64,000 nucleotides of DNA from Bacteriovoracia bacterium (lineage in GTDB: Bacteria; Bdellovibrionota; UBA1018; CAIPTA01): contig JBFWVL010000005.1 in assembly GCA_050246755.1 (NCBI GenBank), forward strand, positions 160,001-224,000. The letters run 5' to 3'. A program made the position numbers and the translations under genes. How positions within the stretch are numbered: position 1 is the first letter of the stretch; each line of letters begins with the position of its first letter. This document shows positions 37,609-48,605 of this stretch, piece after piece. The notes below the pieces were generated by a model. That model searched no databases, had not been told where the DNA came from, and worked only from the letters and a program-made list of their open reading frames with translations.

Positions 37609-37644
37609 ATTCATGTGAAAACGCCCATCCGTGGGCAGCCACTC

Positions 37645-37800
37645 TTACGAGTGGCGTTTAATCGCATAGGCGATCAATTGAATCGCTCCAACAACCAGAG
37701 CGACAATCCAAGTGCGTTTCATCCCGAGCACCATTCGGTAGTCCTTCATCTGAAGACGAAGATTCATTTCGATTGTTATGTAGTTTGAGTTTTGGTCCAT
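37645..37800 (-). CDS. Small membrane peptide (51 aa)
   Basis: AAGGAG RBS before ATG 37800 and one C-terminal TM helix. Confidence 0.45.
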   Translation of the reverse strand: MDQNSNYITIEMNLRLQMKDYRMVLGMKRTWIVALVVGAIQLIAYAIKRHS

Positions 37801-38213
37801 GAACGATCTCCTTTTGCCCTGCAAGCCGGGAGGCCCTTTGAAGGAGATCGGCTCAGGGGCCAAACGCTCTTCAAGCGATTTTCGTTCGTCTGGATCAGGA
37901 AACCGATTTGCCTGATACGTCGTGATGATTTCGGTGCCGCGCGATTCGTTGAGGAATTTCAGTCTTGATGGCGTCACGCGGGAAAATTTGCTTTTTCAAT
38001 TCTCCTTTGCCGTTTGTCGGTCGCTACGGGCGTCAGCTCTGATCCGCGCCTGCGCTCGGCTGCGCCATCCACTTCGTTCCTGTCACACCCGACGCCGCGA
38101 GTACGCTTACGTCGCGGGATCTGCCGCCCTTCGCTCCCTGGCTTGCACCATTGGGGCCTGATTCACTTTGTGAAGGCCCCAAATGGTTGGAGCCCAAACT
38201 AACGGAGAAAATT

Positions 38214-38462
38214 ATGAAAAACCAAATCAACACCAGCGTGAAACTGTCCCAAGACAAGAAGACCATCATCGTATCTAAAGGCGGCGTGCCCGCATTCATC
38301 AGCGTCAACCTCATCAAGCACATGCTTGATATTCCCTACACAAAGAAAGACGGAACGAAGGTGTCGGTAGAAGAGATTCAAGCCATGAAGCAAATGGCCT
38401 CTAGCGCCTACGCAGAAGCCGTAGTGAGAAATTCCCAGGCTCTTGCAGCCGCTGGAGCGTAA
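38214..38462 (+). CDS. Small hypothetical protein (leading-region-like)
   Basis: GGAG RBS. Preceded by a long hairpin and followed by a terminator. Confidence 0.75.
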   Translation: MKNQINTSVKLSQDKKTIIVSKGGVPAFISVNLIKHMLDIPYTKKDGTKVSVEEIQAMKQMASSAYAEAVVRNSQALAAAGA

Positions 38463-38474
38463 TGGCTCCTTCAG

Positions 38475-38508
38475 GCTCCGTAGGTCTCACGACCTGCGGA
38501 GCTTTTTT
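38475..38508 (+). terminator. Intrinsic terminator
   Basis: GCTCCGTAGGTC-TCAC-GACCTGCGGAGC followed by T6. Confidence 0.8.
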
Positions 38509-38788
38509 ATTTCATTAAAGGTCAAGGGCGCGTCCCTGCGCCCTTGTTTGAAGAATATTGGTCGAATCTGTCACGCCTTGCATTTTCGCCCGCTTTTTTC
38601 AGAGCCTCGCGCCAACTTCGTTGTCACTCCCATCTGAAACGGCCTTCGGCCTAAAAAGCGTTCGAGCAAGACGCGCCAGAATTCTCCTTATTTTTTCCCC
38701 CTCACCCCTACGGGGGCGAATGGTGCGGGGGAAAAAATGTTTTTTTAGGGAGCAATCCAGTTCCCGGAAACATCGAGGAGAACAGACC

Positions 38789-39316
38789 ATGAACACGATC
38801 AGAATTTACGTTGCTTGCCTTGCTTCCTATAATGCCGGAACTCTTTTCGGAAAATGGATTGATGCGAACCAATCCGCCGAAGAAATTCACGCCGATATTT
38901 CGGCGATGCTTCGGGGGTCGCCCGAAGCGGGAGCCGAAGAGTGGGCCGTCCACGATTACGAAGGCTTTGGGGAAATTTCCTTAAGCGAATGGCCGGACAT
39001 TTTCCGAGTCTCTACGCTTGCGAGACTACTCGAAGAGCACGGAGACGCATTTTCTCTTTGGTACACGAACCAGGACGGTCAGAACGTGGACTTAGAAGAA
39101 GTAGAGGAAAAATTCTTGGAGCAATGGCAGGGCGCTCACGACTCGAAAGAGGCCTTTGCGGATTACTTGCTTGATTCTACCGGGCAGCTTTCGGAGTTGC
39201 CGGAGTTCGCGCGCCGCTACTTCAATTTTGAATCCTACGCCCGCGATCTTGAATTGAGCGGCGATTACTCTTTTGTGCGTGCGAATGGGCAGGTTTACGC
39301 CTTTTCGAGCCACTAG
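38789..39316 (+). CDS. ardA: Antirestriction protein ArdA
   Basis: IYVACLASYNAGTLFGKW, EEWAVHDYEGF, YFNFESYARDL. Acidic protein with GAGGAG RBS. Confidence 0.92.
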   Translation: MNTIRIYVACLASYNAGTLFGKWIDANQSAEEIHADISAMLRGSPEAGAEEWAVHDYEGFGEISLSEWPDIFRVSTLARLLEEHGDAFSLWYTNQDGQNVDLEEVEEKFLEQWQGAHDSKEAFADYLLDSTGQLSELPEFARRYFNFESYARDLELSGDYSFVRANGQVYAFSSH

Positions 39317-39389
39317 ACAGCCAATTGCGGATTGCATGGAAAGTAACATTTTACTTCAGAAATGTTGCTTTTCATGCGATACTCTCTTT

Positions 39390-39962
39390 ATGACAGGCAA
39401 CCAAGCCGCGAGCCTTAAAAAGCTCGGGATATTCAATTTAAACCAGGCCAAACGGCTGGGCTTTGACCAGCCAACCGTTTCACGCCTCGTCAAAGCAGGT
39501 GAACTTAACCGCGTCGGGCGCGGCCTCTATATGCACCCGAAAGCGCCCGTAGGCCGCGAATTCGGCTTTCAACTCGCGTGCGCCAAGTTCGGCCCCGAAG
39601 CCGCAGTCGGAGGGCTTTCGGCGCTCTTTTACTACAACCTAATTGAGCAGGTACCACAGCAGACGTGGGTTCTCGTTCCCCCAAGCACCGTTTCAAGGGA
39701 GCGGGGCTACCGCCTGATGAGAACAAAGACCGACCTAAACGCTTTTATTCTCTCCAAAGATAGCTACCGGATCGTCACCATTGAGCGCGCCATTGTCGAG
39801 GGCCTCAGATTTGCCACAAAGATCGGCGAACGAACCGCAATCGGAGCCGCCAAGCGCGCAATCTCCCAAAAACTTACGACGATGCAAAAAATTGGAAAAG
39901 CAGCCAAGGACCTTGGACTAACGGCGGCTGTTGATAATTTTTTTGAGGCGATAGTCGCATGA
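39390..39962 (+). CDS. abiEi: AbiEi antitoxin (type IV TA)
   Basis: wHTH LNRVGRGLY, LSALFYYNL, TIERAIVE. Overlaps abiEii. Confidence 0.85.
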   Translation: MTGNQAASLKKLGIFNLNQAKRLGFDQPTVSRLVKAGELNRVGRGLYMHPKAPVGREFGFQLACAKFGPEAAVGGLSALFYYNLIEQVPQQTWVLVPPSTVSRERGYRLMRTKTDLNAFILSKDSYRIVTIERAIVEGLRFATKIGERTAIGAAKRAISQKLTTMQKIGKAAKDLGLTAAVDNFFEAIVA

Positions 39963-40801
39963 GTATGAAATCGAAAGGCGACTCCATCCGGCAACGACTC
40001 GCAAACCTTAGCGCACAAAGGAAGGTGCAGTTTTCAAATCTCGAAACCGCATTTCTGCTCGAACGCTTGGTTGCCCGCATCGTCGCAACGCCGTCACTCC
40101 AGTCTGCAATTGTTTTTAAAGGTGGCTTCGTAAGCCTCACGGTTTATGACTCTCCTAGATACACAATTGATCTCGATGCACTCCTCGTAAAGTCGAACCT
40201 CGAAAAAACTCTCACTGAAGTTAAGTCGGCGGCGGAGACTGACATTTCTGATGGCGTTTGGTTTCACTTTGAAAGTCAAATTGATCTCAAAACCCAAGGC
40301 GAATATGGCGGCGTCAGGCAGGTCTATCGCGCAGGACTTGGCGAAAAATTAAAGAATCTTTCCAAGGCTCAGGTTATCAACTTCGATTTAGGAATTGGCG
40401 ATCCCGTTACGCCGGGACCGCGCAAATTGAAAATCAAGTCGCTACTTTCTGATGAGGAATTGAGCTGGAGTGTCTATCCAGTTGAGACAATCATTGCTGA
40501 GAAGATTCATGCTCTGATTGCAAACGGTGATTTCAATTCGCGCTCTAAAGATGTTTACGACCTGAGTATTTTTTTGGACGCCGCCGACCCGAAGATTTTG
40601 GCTGGCGCGATTCAAAAAACATTCAAATTTCGTGAGACACAAGTGCCAAAGTCCATTGCTGTAGACCTTCTTGCTTTGCGAACGGATCGCCTCGAAAAAG
40701 GCTGGAAGTCTGCGACAGCCTCGGTAGCCAATGCGCCAAGTTTCCTGGACGCCCTTCATTCTGTAATTTCAAAGATTCGTCAGATAGAAGCTAAGTTTTA
40801 A
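39959..40801 (+). CDS. abiEii: AbiEii nucleotidyltransferase toxin
   Basis: FKGG...RYTIDLD, ETIIAEK, NSRSKDVYD. Confidence 0.9.
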   Translation: MSMKSKGDSIRQRLANLSAQRKVQFSNLETAFLLERLVARIVATPSLQSAIVFKGGFVSLTVYDSPRYTIDLDALLVKSNLEKTLTEVKSAAETDISDGVWFHFESQIDLKTQGEYGGVRQVYRAGLGEKLKNLSKAQVINFDLGIGDPVTPGPRKLKIKSLLSDEELSWSVYPVETIIAEKIHALIANGDFNSRSKDVYDLSIFLDAADPKILAGAIQKTFKFRETQVPKSIAVDLLALRTDRLEKGWKSATASVANAPSFLDALHSVISKIRQIEAKF

Positions 40802-40858
40802 GCTGCATTCGAATCGGCGAAACGCGCCACAGCTCTGCGCGTTCCGCCGCACTTTTCT

Positions 40859-41224
40859 TCACGCAACAGCAGCGACTTGCATCTTGCTTTGCTCGGTCAA
40901 GAACTCCGCAAATTCAGCGGACATCATAAAACCCGTGAATTCATCTTTAGAGATTGCGCCACGAGCTGCGATGTACTTTTGGCGCAGAATCTCCTTTCGA
41001 TCTTCGTTCGTTAGGGAGTCTTCCTGTAGCGTTCTGATTTGCTCTTGCTGAATGAGTGCGAGGCCCGCTTGCAGCACTTCGTCCAATTTAATTTTGCGTC
41101 CGGTCTCTTTGTCGTTAGCAGTTTTCAAAATTCCTTCTGCTAATTTTCTCGTTTCACTTGAGACACGAACGGAACACCAGAGTTTCACTTTTCGTTTTTC
41201 GGAATGTAACTTTTTGCTCGACAT
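40859..41224 (-). CDS. Hypothetical protein, possible RHH-like DNA-binding N-terminus
   Basis: AAGGAG RBS and SVRVSSETRK. Last gene before the tRNA. Confidence 0.65.
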   Translation of the reverse strand: MSSKKLHSEKRKVKLWCSVRVSSETRKLAEGILKTANDKETGRKIKLDEVLQAGLALIQQEQIRTLQEDSLTNEDRKEILRQKYIAARGAISKDEFTGFMMSAEFAEFLTEQSKMQVAAVA

Positions 41225-41545
41225 AACTTGCTCCTTCGGTTTTTGCGTTTGTCCCGAAGTTCAGTGGCAAAGTTAATACGGCTGTCTGTGCAAAACGCTG
41301 CTGGTTTTGGAACACCATAACCAGAGCTTGTTTGGTTCAAAGGAAGCCCCCGCACCGCCGTTTACCGATGTTGGCAGCCAAGCGAATTCTTGGAAGACAA
41401 CTGGTAGCCAGAGCGGCAGCCACCATAGGTGACTGAGAGTGACTTAAAGTGACTGATGAAAGACCCAGATCAATTATAGGACCTGTAGGAGTCTTTAGTG
41501 TTTTCGTGATGTTGGAAAAGGCCTGGTCTTTTCTCAACTGAAGAA

Positions 41546-41622
<77 letters not shown>

Positions 41623-41766
41623 TCAATTTGTGTTCCGAATAGACCACGTTTCGTATCGTGAAGTCAACCGAGGAAACGCCCCGAGATTTTCCCTTGAGGA
41701 AAGCCAATGTTGCGCCGCGTCTTTTGCTCTATTGCCCGAATAGAAAAATCCGCTTAAGGTGATCCC

Positions 41767-42276
<510 letters not shown>

Positions 42277-42278
42277 GC

Positions 42279-43901
42279 ATGCAGTCTCTTCCCGATATCC
42301 TGCGCGAAATGGCCTTCTTGGCCGAGCTAAAGGACGAGAATCCCTTCAAGGTGCGCGCGCTGGAAAATGCGGCCGCTGCGCTCGAGGAAAACGGGAATTC
42401 CATCGAAGCGCTGGTAAGCTCCGGCGAAATTAAGAAAATAAAGGGCGTAGGCAAGGGCACGCAGGCGATCGCGCAGGAATTCGTCTCGAGCGGGAAAGTG
42501 GCCGAGCACGAAGCGCTGAAGAAGGATTTTCCTTCCACGATTTTTGAGTTACGCCAAATTTCGGGACTTGGCCCTAAAAAAGTAAAAGTGCTTTTCCAGG
42601 AGCTCGGCACCGCCAGCCTTTCCGAATTGGAATATGCCTGCCAAGAGAATCGCCTGGTGGATCTCAAGGGCTTCGGCGAAAAGACCCAGCAAAATATTTT
42701 GAAGAGCATCGCGCGGCTGAAGAATTACCAGGGGAAGGTGATCCTGCCGGTGGCAATGCAGGAAGCCGAGCTCGTGCGGGAAATGCTCGGCGAGGTGGAG
42801 GGCGTTAAGCGGGTGGCCGAGACGGGGGAGCTGCGCCGGCATACCGAGGTGATGGGCTCGATCGATTATCTGCTCGAGGGAGATTCCGCGAAAATTTCCG
42901 CCGGCCTGAAGAAACTAGGCTGGAAATCGCCGGATGATGCCGGCTATTTTACGTCTACTTCCGAAAACGGAATTCTTTTGCGGGTTTGGATTTCTTCTCC
43001 TGCCGAGTTCGGCTCGAAGTGGCTCGAGACCACCGGCCCGACCGAGTTCGTGGAGAAAATGGGAAAACTGGTGCCCGCCTCCGAAGAAGAGTCTTTGTTT
43101 CGCTCGCGGAAAATGGAATTCGTTCCACCCGAATGCCGCGAGCTCGGCCTGCACCCGAAATCGCTGCTCGAGGCGGAAGAGATCAAGGGCGTATTTCACC
43201 TGCATACCAATTGGAGCGATGGCAAGAATACCCTCGACGAGATGGTGGCCGCCGCGGTGGATCTTGGGTACGAATATATCGGCGTATCCGAGCATTCTCA
43301 GACGGCGTTCTACGCCCATGGGCTGGACGAGAAGCGCGTACGCGCGCAGCGGGAGGCCATCGATACATTGCAGGAGGCCTATCCCCAGATCCGGATCTTC
43401 CAGGGAATCGAGAGCGATATTTTACCCGATGGTTCGCTGGATTTTCCCGATTCTTTCCTGAAGAAATTCGATTTCGTGATTGCCTCGGTGCACGGGCGCA
43501 TGAAGATGACCCGCGAAGAGATGACCAAGAGGATTTGCCGGGCGCTCGAGCATCCGGCCACCACCTGGCTGGGGCATTGGTCGGGGCGTTTGTTGCTGGG
43601 GCGGGATCCTTATGAGTTCGATATCGAGGCCGTGCTGAAAACGGCGGCGAAAGAGAGAAAATCGATCGAGCTGAATTCGAATCCCTACCGGCTGGATATC
43701 GACTGGCGCCACCTGCCACGGGCCGTAGACCTCGGCGTGCCGATCGGGATTTTTCCCGATGCCCATAGTACCGGTGGCCTCGCCGACGTGAAATACGGGG
43801 TATGGATGGCGCGCAAAGCCGGGCTGAACCGTGAGAATATCGTGAACACGAAATCGCGCCGGGAGATGGAAGTTTGGCTGGAAGAAAGAAAGTTTCGCTA
43901 G
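42279..43901 (+). CDS. polX: DNA polymerase X / PHP 3'-5' exonuclease
   Basis: ENPFKVRA, HhH GVGK/GLGPKK/GFGEK, PPECRE. PHP motifs HLHT..SDG, EHS and DAH. Confidence 0.93.
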   Translation: MQSLPDILREMAFLAELKDENPFKVRALENAAAALEENGNSIEALVSSGEIKKIKGVGKGTQAIAQEFVSSGKVAEHEALKKDFPSTIFELRQISGLGPKKVKVLFQELGTASLSELEYACQENRLVDLKGFGEKTQQNILKSIARLKNYQGKVILPVAMQEAELVREMLGEVEGVKRVAETGELRRHTEVMGSIDYLLEGDSAKISAGLKKLGWKSPDDAGYFTSTSENGILLRVWISSPAEFGSKWLETTGPTEFVEKMGKLVPASEEESLFRSRKMEFVPPECRELGLHPKSLLEAEEIKGVFHLHTNWSDGKNTLDEMVAAAVDLGYEYIGVSEHSQTAFYAHGLDEKRVRAQREAIDTLQEAYPQIRIFQGIESDILPDGSLDFPDSFLKKFDFVIASVHGRMKMTREEMTKRICRALEHPATTWLGHWSGRLLLGRDPYEFDIEAVLKTAAKERKSIELNSNPYRLDIDWRHLPRAVDLGVPIGIFPDAHSTGGLADVKYGVWMARKAGLNRENIVNTKSRREMEVWLEERKFR

Positions 43902-44545
43902 TTGCGCGCGAGGTGAGGGTGCAGGCGATCGCCTCGGCCCTGAGCCGCGAATTTCCCGAGGCCAAGTGCGCCTTGAATTTCAGCACGCCCGAGCAGTTGC
44001 TTTTCGCCACGATTCTCTCCGCCCAGTGCACCGACGTGCGCGTGAATCTCGTGACCCCCGCCTTGTTCAAGAAATTCCCGGGTTCCAAGCAAATGGCGAA
44101 AGCCAAGCTGGCGGAAGTGGAGGCCGTGATCAAATCAATTAACTTCTTCCGCAACAAGGCCAAGAGCCTCGTAAATGCCTCGAAGCTCATCCAGGAGAAA
44201 TATGGCGGGGAGCTTCCGCGCACGATGGACGAGCTCGTGGAGCTGCCGGGCGTGGGGCGAAAGACGGCCAACGTGGTGCTCGGGGACGCCTTCGATATCC
44301 AGGTGGGCGTGGTGGTGGACACGCACGTAAGGCGGCTCGCCAATCTGCTCGGCCTCACCGAGGAACAGGATCCCGTAAAGATCGAACAGGATTTGATTCA
44401 GATCGTGCCGCAGGCGCTCTGGACAAAATTTTCCCATTGGCTCATCCTGCATGGAAGAAGAACTTGTATCGCCCGCCGCCCCAAATGCGGGGAATGCGTG
44501 ATTCGCGCGCATTGCGATTTTGGCCAGAAGGAGATGTTTTCGTGA
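43874..44545 (+). CDS. nth: Endonuclease III
   Basis: LSAQCTD, LPGVGRKTANVV, VDTHV, C-x6-C-x2-C-x5-C. Confidence 0.96.
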   Translation: MAGRKKVSLVAREVRVQAIASALSREFPEAKCALNFSTPEQLLFATILSAQCTDVRVNLVTPALFKKFPGSKQMAKAKLAEVEAVIKSINFFRNKAKSLVNASKLIQEKYGGELPRTMDELVELPGVGRKTANVVLGDAFDIQVGVVVDTHVRRLANLLGLTEEQDPVKIEQDLIQIVPQALWTKFSHWLILHGRRTCIARRPKCGECVIRAHCDFGQKEMFS

Positions 44546-45546
44546 GATTTTTTTTGCTGCTCTCGCTTCTCTGGCTGGCCACGCCCGCGTTGGCCGAACC
44601 GATGAACGTGATCGGCTGCGGGATTTTCGATTCTGCGGGAAAAGAGCAGAAGGCTTACCTCGGCTGGATATGCGCTTTTCTTCCCAATGGAAAAATGATG
44701 ATCGGAGATGGCTTCACGCTCACCTTTTACGATAAGGACATGAACGTGATTTGGGCGCGGGATGGCCATACCCACCATATGCTCACGTATTCTGCGGCCG
44801 ACCAGACGGTGCTCGTGATATCGTCGCGCATTTTCGGTCCCCAGTCGCGCCTGCGCATCGACGTGCTGGAGGTTTTCGATATCGAGGGGAAGCAACTGAA
44901 GAAGTTTGAGTTCACCCGTGAGATGAGCCGGGCGTTTTTGCCGATGACGTACGATAATTTCGTGATGCCCACGGTGAAAATGGAGCTTACGCACGTGGGG
45001 TCTTTTTACCGTATCGGAAAGAACCGTTCGAAGAGCAAATTTTTCGCCGAAGGAAACTACCTCGTGAACGATAATTTTGGGGCTCTGTATGTGTTTAACA
45101 AAGAGCTCACGAAAGTGATTCATACCTTTGAGACCAATGGCTGGAACCTCGGGATGTTCGGCGACGTGCAGGTGACGCCTGCGGGCAATCTCTTGCTCTA
45201 CAATAATGGGAATCCTCGTGACCCCGCCAGCCGCGCTTCGCTGGTGGAATTCGATCCGTTCACGAAGAGGGTGCTCTGGCGGTACCGGGGAGAGGCCCCC
45301 GATTTTTTGCGGGGGGCCTACGAGGGAAATGTGCAAATTCTTTCTAGCGGAAATATTCTTTTCAGCGAAGCCGTATTTCAGGAGACGGTAGAGCCGCACG
45401 AGCTATGGCAGCGCTCTACCGAGATTACGCGTGCGGGCAAAAAAGTGTGGCAGATGAAGAAAGATCGCTACGAGATTTATGGAATCCCCAACGTGGTGAA
45501 GCGCCTGGATCTATCGGCGTACCGCAAGGCTAAGGGCGCTTACTAG
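44542..45546 (+). CDS. Secreted beta-propeller protein, arylsulfotransferase-like
   Basis: GTG start overlapping the nth stop, signal peptide, HH motif, LLYNNG, GNVQILSSGNILF. Confidence 0.6.
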   Translation: MRFFLLLSLLWLATPALAEPMNVIGCGIFDSAGKEQKAYLGWICAFLPNGKMMIGDGFTLTFYDKDMNVIWARDGHTHHMLTYSAADQTVLVISSRIFGPQSRLRIDVLEVFDIEGKQLKKFEFTREMSRAFLPMTYDNFVMPTVKMELTHVGSFYRIGKNRSKSKFFAEGNYLVNDNFGALYVFNKELTKVIHTFETNGWNLGMFGDVQVTPAGNLLLYNNGNPRDPASRASLVEFDPFTKRVLWRYRGEAPDFLRGAYEGNVQILSSGNILFSEAVFQETVEPHELWQRSTEITRAGKKVWQMKKDRYEIYGIPNVVKRLDLSAYRKAKGAY

Positions 45547-45977
45547 CGTAGAACTCCGGATCCGCTGCGGCGGTCTTCCCGCAGAATGGCCCGGTAGATA
45601 TAGTCGAATTCGTCATGGGACTTACGGAGAATTTCCGAAGTTTTGTCCATGAAGGTGAACGTGGCTTCTAGCTCTTCCTGGGTAAGCTCTGTTATTTTTT
45701 TCTGGAGGGCAGTCTTTTCTTCCGGGGTGATGATTCCCGTTTTCCGTAGGTAAGCCCCTTTTCGCTGAAAGATTTTTTCCCGGATTACGGCGAGTTTTTT
45801 TGCCGTTTCTTGGTATAGCGCCTTCATGCTGCTTTTTTGCTCCGGCGATAGGCTATCGAGCTGGAGAATCATGTCTAGTTCCCGGATATTCGGATCTTGG
45901 GAAATATCCGGTGCGGGCGGCGAGGGTTGCTTGGTGCAGGCGAGAAGGAAAAATGCCAAGAGGAGAATTAGACGCAT
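45543..45977 (-). CDS. Hypothetical lipoprotein
   Basis: Lipobox LLAC and helical body. Confidence 0.7.
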   Translation of the reverse strand: MRLILLLAFFLLACTKQPSPPAPDISQDPNIRELDMILQLDSLSPEQKSSMKALYQETAKKLAVIREKIFQRKGAYLRKTGIITPEEKTALQKKITELTQEELEATFTFMDKTSEILRKSHDEFDYIYRAILREDRRSGSGVLR

Positions 45978-46098
45978 GCGGCTAGAGTACTAAAATTCTC
46001 CTTAAATCCCAGGCCAAACCGCTCCTCGCCCGAAGTTTTCGCCTTGCCCGCCGCTTCATGGTAGAGAATTATTTACGCTTTTAAACCGAGGTTTTCCT

Positions 46099-46824
46099 AT
46101 GCAACGTTCCTTTGAGCGCACCCCTAACGACCTTCGCCCCGTTACCTTTGAGGTAGACGTGAACCGCTATGCCGAGGGCAGCTGTCTCGTTTCCTTCGGT
46201 TATACCAAAGTGCTGTGCACCGCTTCGGTGGAACGTTCCGTGCCGCCGTTCCTAAAGGGCAAGGGCGAAGGCTGGGTAACGGCGGAGTATTCGATGCTTC
46301 CCCGGTCTACGCACACGCGCTCCAAACGGGAGCGGGACAAGGTGGGCGGACGTACCGCCGAGATCCAGCGTTTGATCGGCCGCGCCCTGCGCGCCGCCGT
46401 GGATTTTAAAAAGCTCGGCGAGCAAAGCATCATGGTTGACTGCGATGTGATCCAGGCCGACGGAGGCACGCGCGTGGCCTCCATTTGCGGGGCCTACGTG
46501 GCGCTTGCGATTGCGATCGGGAAAATGAAGCGGGACGGGCTTTTGAAAGAGGATCCCCTGCTTTCGCCGGTGGCGGCCGTGAGCGTGGGTATGCATAACG
46601 GCATTCATCTCCTGGATTTGGATTACTCCGAAGATTCCACCTGCGAAGTAGACATGAACGTGGTGATGAACGCCGCGGGCGGGCTGGTGGAAGTGCAAGG
46701 CACCGGCGAGAAGAAAACCTTCGAGCGTAAAGACCTAGATGCATTGCTCGAAAGCGCTACTTTGGGAATTTCCAAGATCACGGCCCTGCAAAAATCGGCC
46801 GTAGAGCGTGGGCTGAAGGTTTAG
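46099..46824 (+). CDS. rph: Ribonuclease PH
   Basis: [51 protein letters not shown]. Confidence 0.98.
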   Translation: MQRSFERTPNDLRPVTFEVDVNRYAEGSCLVSFGYTKVLCTASVERSVPPFLKGKGEGWVTAEYSMLPRSTHTRSKRERDKVGGRTAEIQRLIGRALRAAVDFKKLGEQSIMVDCDVIQADGGTRVASICGAYVALAIAIGKMKRDGLLKEDPLLSPVAAVSVGMHNGIHLLDLDYSEDSTCEVDMNVVMNAAGGLVEVQGTGEKKTFERKDLDALLESATLGISKITALQKSAVERGLKV

Positions 46825-47432
46825 CGATCTTTTTTTATCGTTTCGGGATGCACGCCCGCGGGAATCGGTAGAGGTGGAGCGGGCGCCGGCTCTGATTTTC
46901 GCTCTTCAAATGAAGTGCAGGTTTCCAAGTACTGTTTGATCAAATAGTTCGCGCAGGCCGTCTTGGCTTCCGAGGTGCCGAGGTCGGATTTCTTGATGGT
47001 GGCGAGGTCTATCTTGTCGAGATTTTTACCGTAGGTCTTATTTACGTTCGCCAGAATGCCCATCACGCGGGCTTTGGCTTGGTCGTATTTCTGTAGATCG
47101 TCGGCCCGTTCGTTAAAATCGGCCCCGAACATCGGAGATGGGCAACCTGCGCTCCCGGCGTAGTAGGTGGAGTGCTCGGTAGCGTCGATGGCGGAATATT
47201 GGTCTACGTGGATATTGGCGTCGCAGAGGTTTACTTCCAATTTTTCGCCTTTGCCGCCCATGGTCAAGAAGCGCATCACGCAGCCCGATTTCGTGAGTTT
47301 TAAGAAATTCAGGAAGCTGTCGCTCACGCTAAGCGTGAAGTCGGCGTTATCTAGGCAAACTTCCCAATTGGGGGCAGCCCGGGCAGAAGCGGAAGAAAAG
47401 GCGAGGGCGAGGACTAAAACTGAGAGTTTCAT
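46821..47432 (-). CDS. Secreted hypothetical protein with paired Cys
   Basis: Signal peptide starting [19 protein letters not shown]. Confidence 0.7.
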   Translation of the reverse strand: MKLSVLVLALAFSSASARAAPNWEVCLDNADFTLSVSDSFLNFLKLTKSGCVMRFLTMGGKGEKLEVNLCDANIHVDQYSAIDATEHSTYYAGSAGCPSPMFGADFNERADDLQKYDQAKARVMGILANVNKTYGKNLDKIDLATIKKSDLGTSEAKTACANYLIKQYLETCTSFEERKSEPAPAPPLPIPAGVHPETIKKDR

Positions 47433-47481
47433 TTTACTAATACCTACGAACGTTTTATCTAAGAGTAGCAATCTTTGGCGT

Positions 47482-47559
47482 CGGGGTATAGCGCAGCCTG
47501 GCTAGCGCACCTGCTTTGGGAGCAGGGGGTCGACAGTTCGAATCTGTCTACCCCGACCA
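47482..47559 (+). tRNA. tRNA-Pro (TGG)
   Basis: CGGGGTATAGCGCAGCCTGGCTAGCGCACCTGCTTTGGGAGCAGG...GTTCGAATC...CCCCGACCA. Confidence 0.97.
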
Positions 47560-47814
47560 ATTTTTTCGAAGGTTTCACGCAGAAATAGAAAATCGTTAGT
47601 CGTTCCAAGTTGTTGTTTTAACAAAGAGTCGAAAGTCCAAAATTCTGAATTGGCTTTCTTCGCCCGCAGATGTCTCTGTAGTTCCCTGACGAATCCCTGA
47701 CCCCGCTGCCTCTCGCTTGGCAAATTTGCCTGACGTTCGGAAATCCGAGATCGCCCGGCAAATTTTCAGTCCGTTCATTTTTCAAAGCACAAACCATGAA
47801 CAAGAGAGGTTTTT

Positions 47815-48390
47815 ATGACCAACTATGGAGTCATTCTTCGCAAGCTACGCTTGCTAAACAAACTACAACTTAGAGCCGCCGCCGCTCGCATAGGGCGAAG
47901 CGCGGGGTGGCTGAGCGAGATCGAAAACGGCAAAGGATCGTCGCGTCTCCACACGCAGGAGTTCGACCGCATCGTTGCCGCCTACGGCGGCGAGGCGTAT
48001 CGCAAGCAGTTCGGCATTTGGGTCGCCAAAGGCCTTCACCTAAACACGCCCCCGGTGGATAAATCGCAAGAGGGCGCGGTCCTCAAGTATCTGCGGAAGA
48101 AAGCCGGACTGAGCCTCGAATCCGCAGCCAGGCAGACCGGGCTTTCTGTGCCCTATCTCTCCCGCCTCGAAAACGGAGAGAGGCGGCTAACCCCCGAGCT
48201 GCGGAACAGGCTGATGCAGCTTTACGGCTACAGCCCGCAGAGCTTCAAGAATTTCACCACGGAGGACAGGCGGGCGAAGAACATCCCGAGCCGCTACAAG
48301 CTCGCCGTGGTGCTCAAGCAGATGGATGAGGGCGGCATCGAGAAGCTGCTGGCCTTCGCGCTCTCTCTGACCGATCAGGAGGCCGCATGA
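47815..48390 (+). CDS. Tandem double XRE-HTH regulator
   Basis: Two HTH_3 units (WLSEIENG; YLSRLENG). Confidence 0.85.
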   Translation: MTNYGVILRKLRLLNKLQLRAAAARIGRSAGWLSEIENGKGSSRLHTQEFDRIVAAYGGEAYRKQFGIWVAKGLHLNTPPVDKSQEGAVLKYLRKKAGLSLESAARQTGLSVPYLSRLENGERRLTPELRNRLMQLYGYSPQSFKNFTTEDRRAKNIPSRYKLAVVLKQMDEGGIEKLLAFALSLTDQEAA

Positions 48391-48596
48391 ACATAGTGAG
48401 CGGAATTTTTGTCGCACTCGCCGTAGTCTTTGGCGGCGGGTACGCTCTCGAAAAAGTCTATGCTACCCTGAGGCAGGTAACTGTGGAGCGTATTTATCGA
48501 GGCCAGCCTTCGTTGGAGCGGTTCACGAATCAGCTCACCTGTGCAAAAATTTCCAAGAGCGGCAATCTCCGCCCGCTCAAATGCAAACGTCATTAG
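48387..48596 (+). CDS. Small membrane protein
   Basis: ATGA overlap, GGAGG RBS and N-terminal TM. Confidence 0.7.
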   Translation: MNIVSGIFVALAVVFGGGYALEKVYATLRQVTVERIYRGQPSLERFTNQLTCAKISKSGNLRPLKCKRH

Positions 48597-48605
48597 CCTC
48601 TCAAG

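Larger units (their letters stand above)
1..41545. mobile_element. Integrative conjugative element, partial (left end outside window), bounded by the 3' end of tRNA-fMet
   Basis: T4SS/T4CP operon at 1-12352, defence cargo, ArdA and AbiE genes. Abrupt switch to housekeeping genes beyond the tRNA at 41546. No integrase or relaxase is visible in the window. Confidence 0.8.

Noticed and set aside
37645-37800. Type I toxin-antitoxin locus
   Set aside because: A small TM peptide is present, but no antisense RNA or its promoter and terminator could be identified.
38558-38788. N-terminal extensions in the ORF track (ArdA, AbiEi, TraE, TraF, TraK, 53865 lipoprotein, rSAM 61411)
   Set aside because: Downstream starts with a clear RBS or stop/start overlaps, or where family similarity begins, fit better.
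35069-41545. Relaxase, oriT nic site or integrase near the tRNA end of the ICE
   Set aside because: No HUH, MOB or recombinase motifs were recognised in any ORF here.
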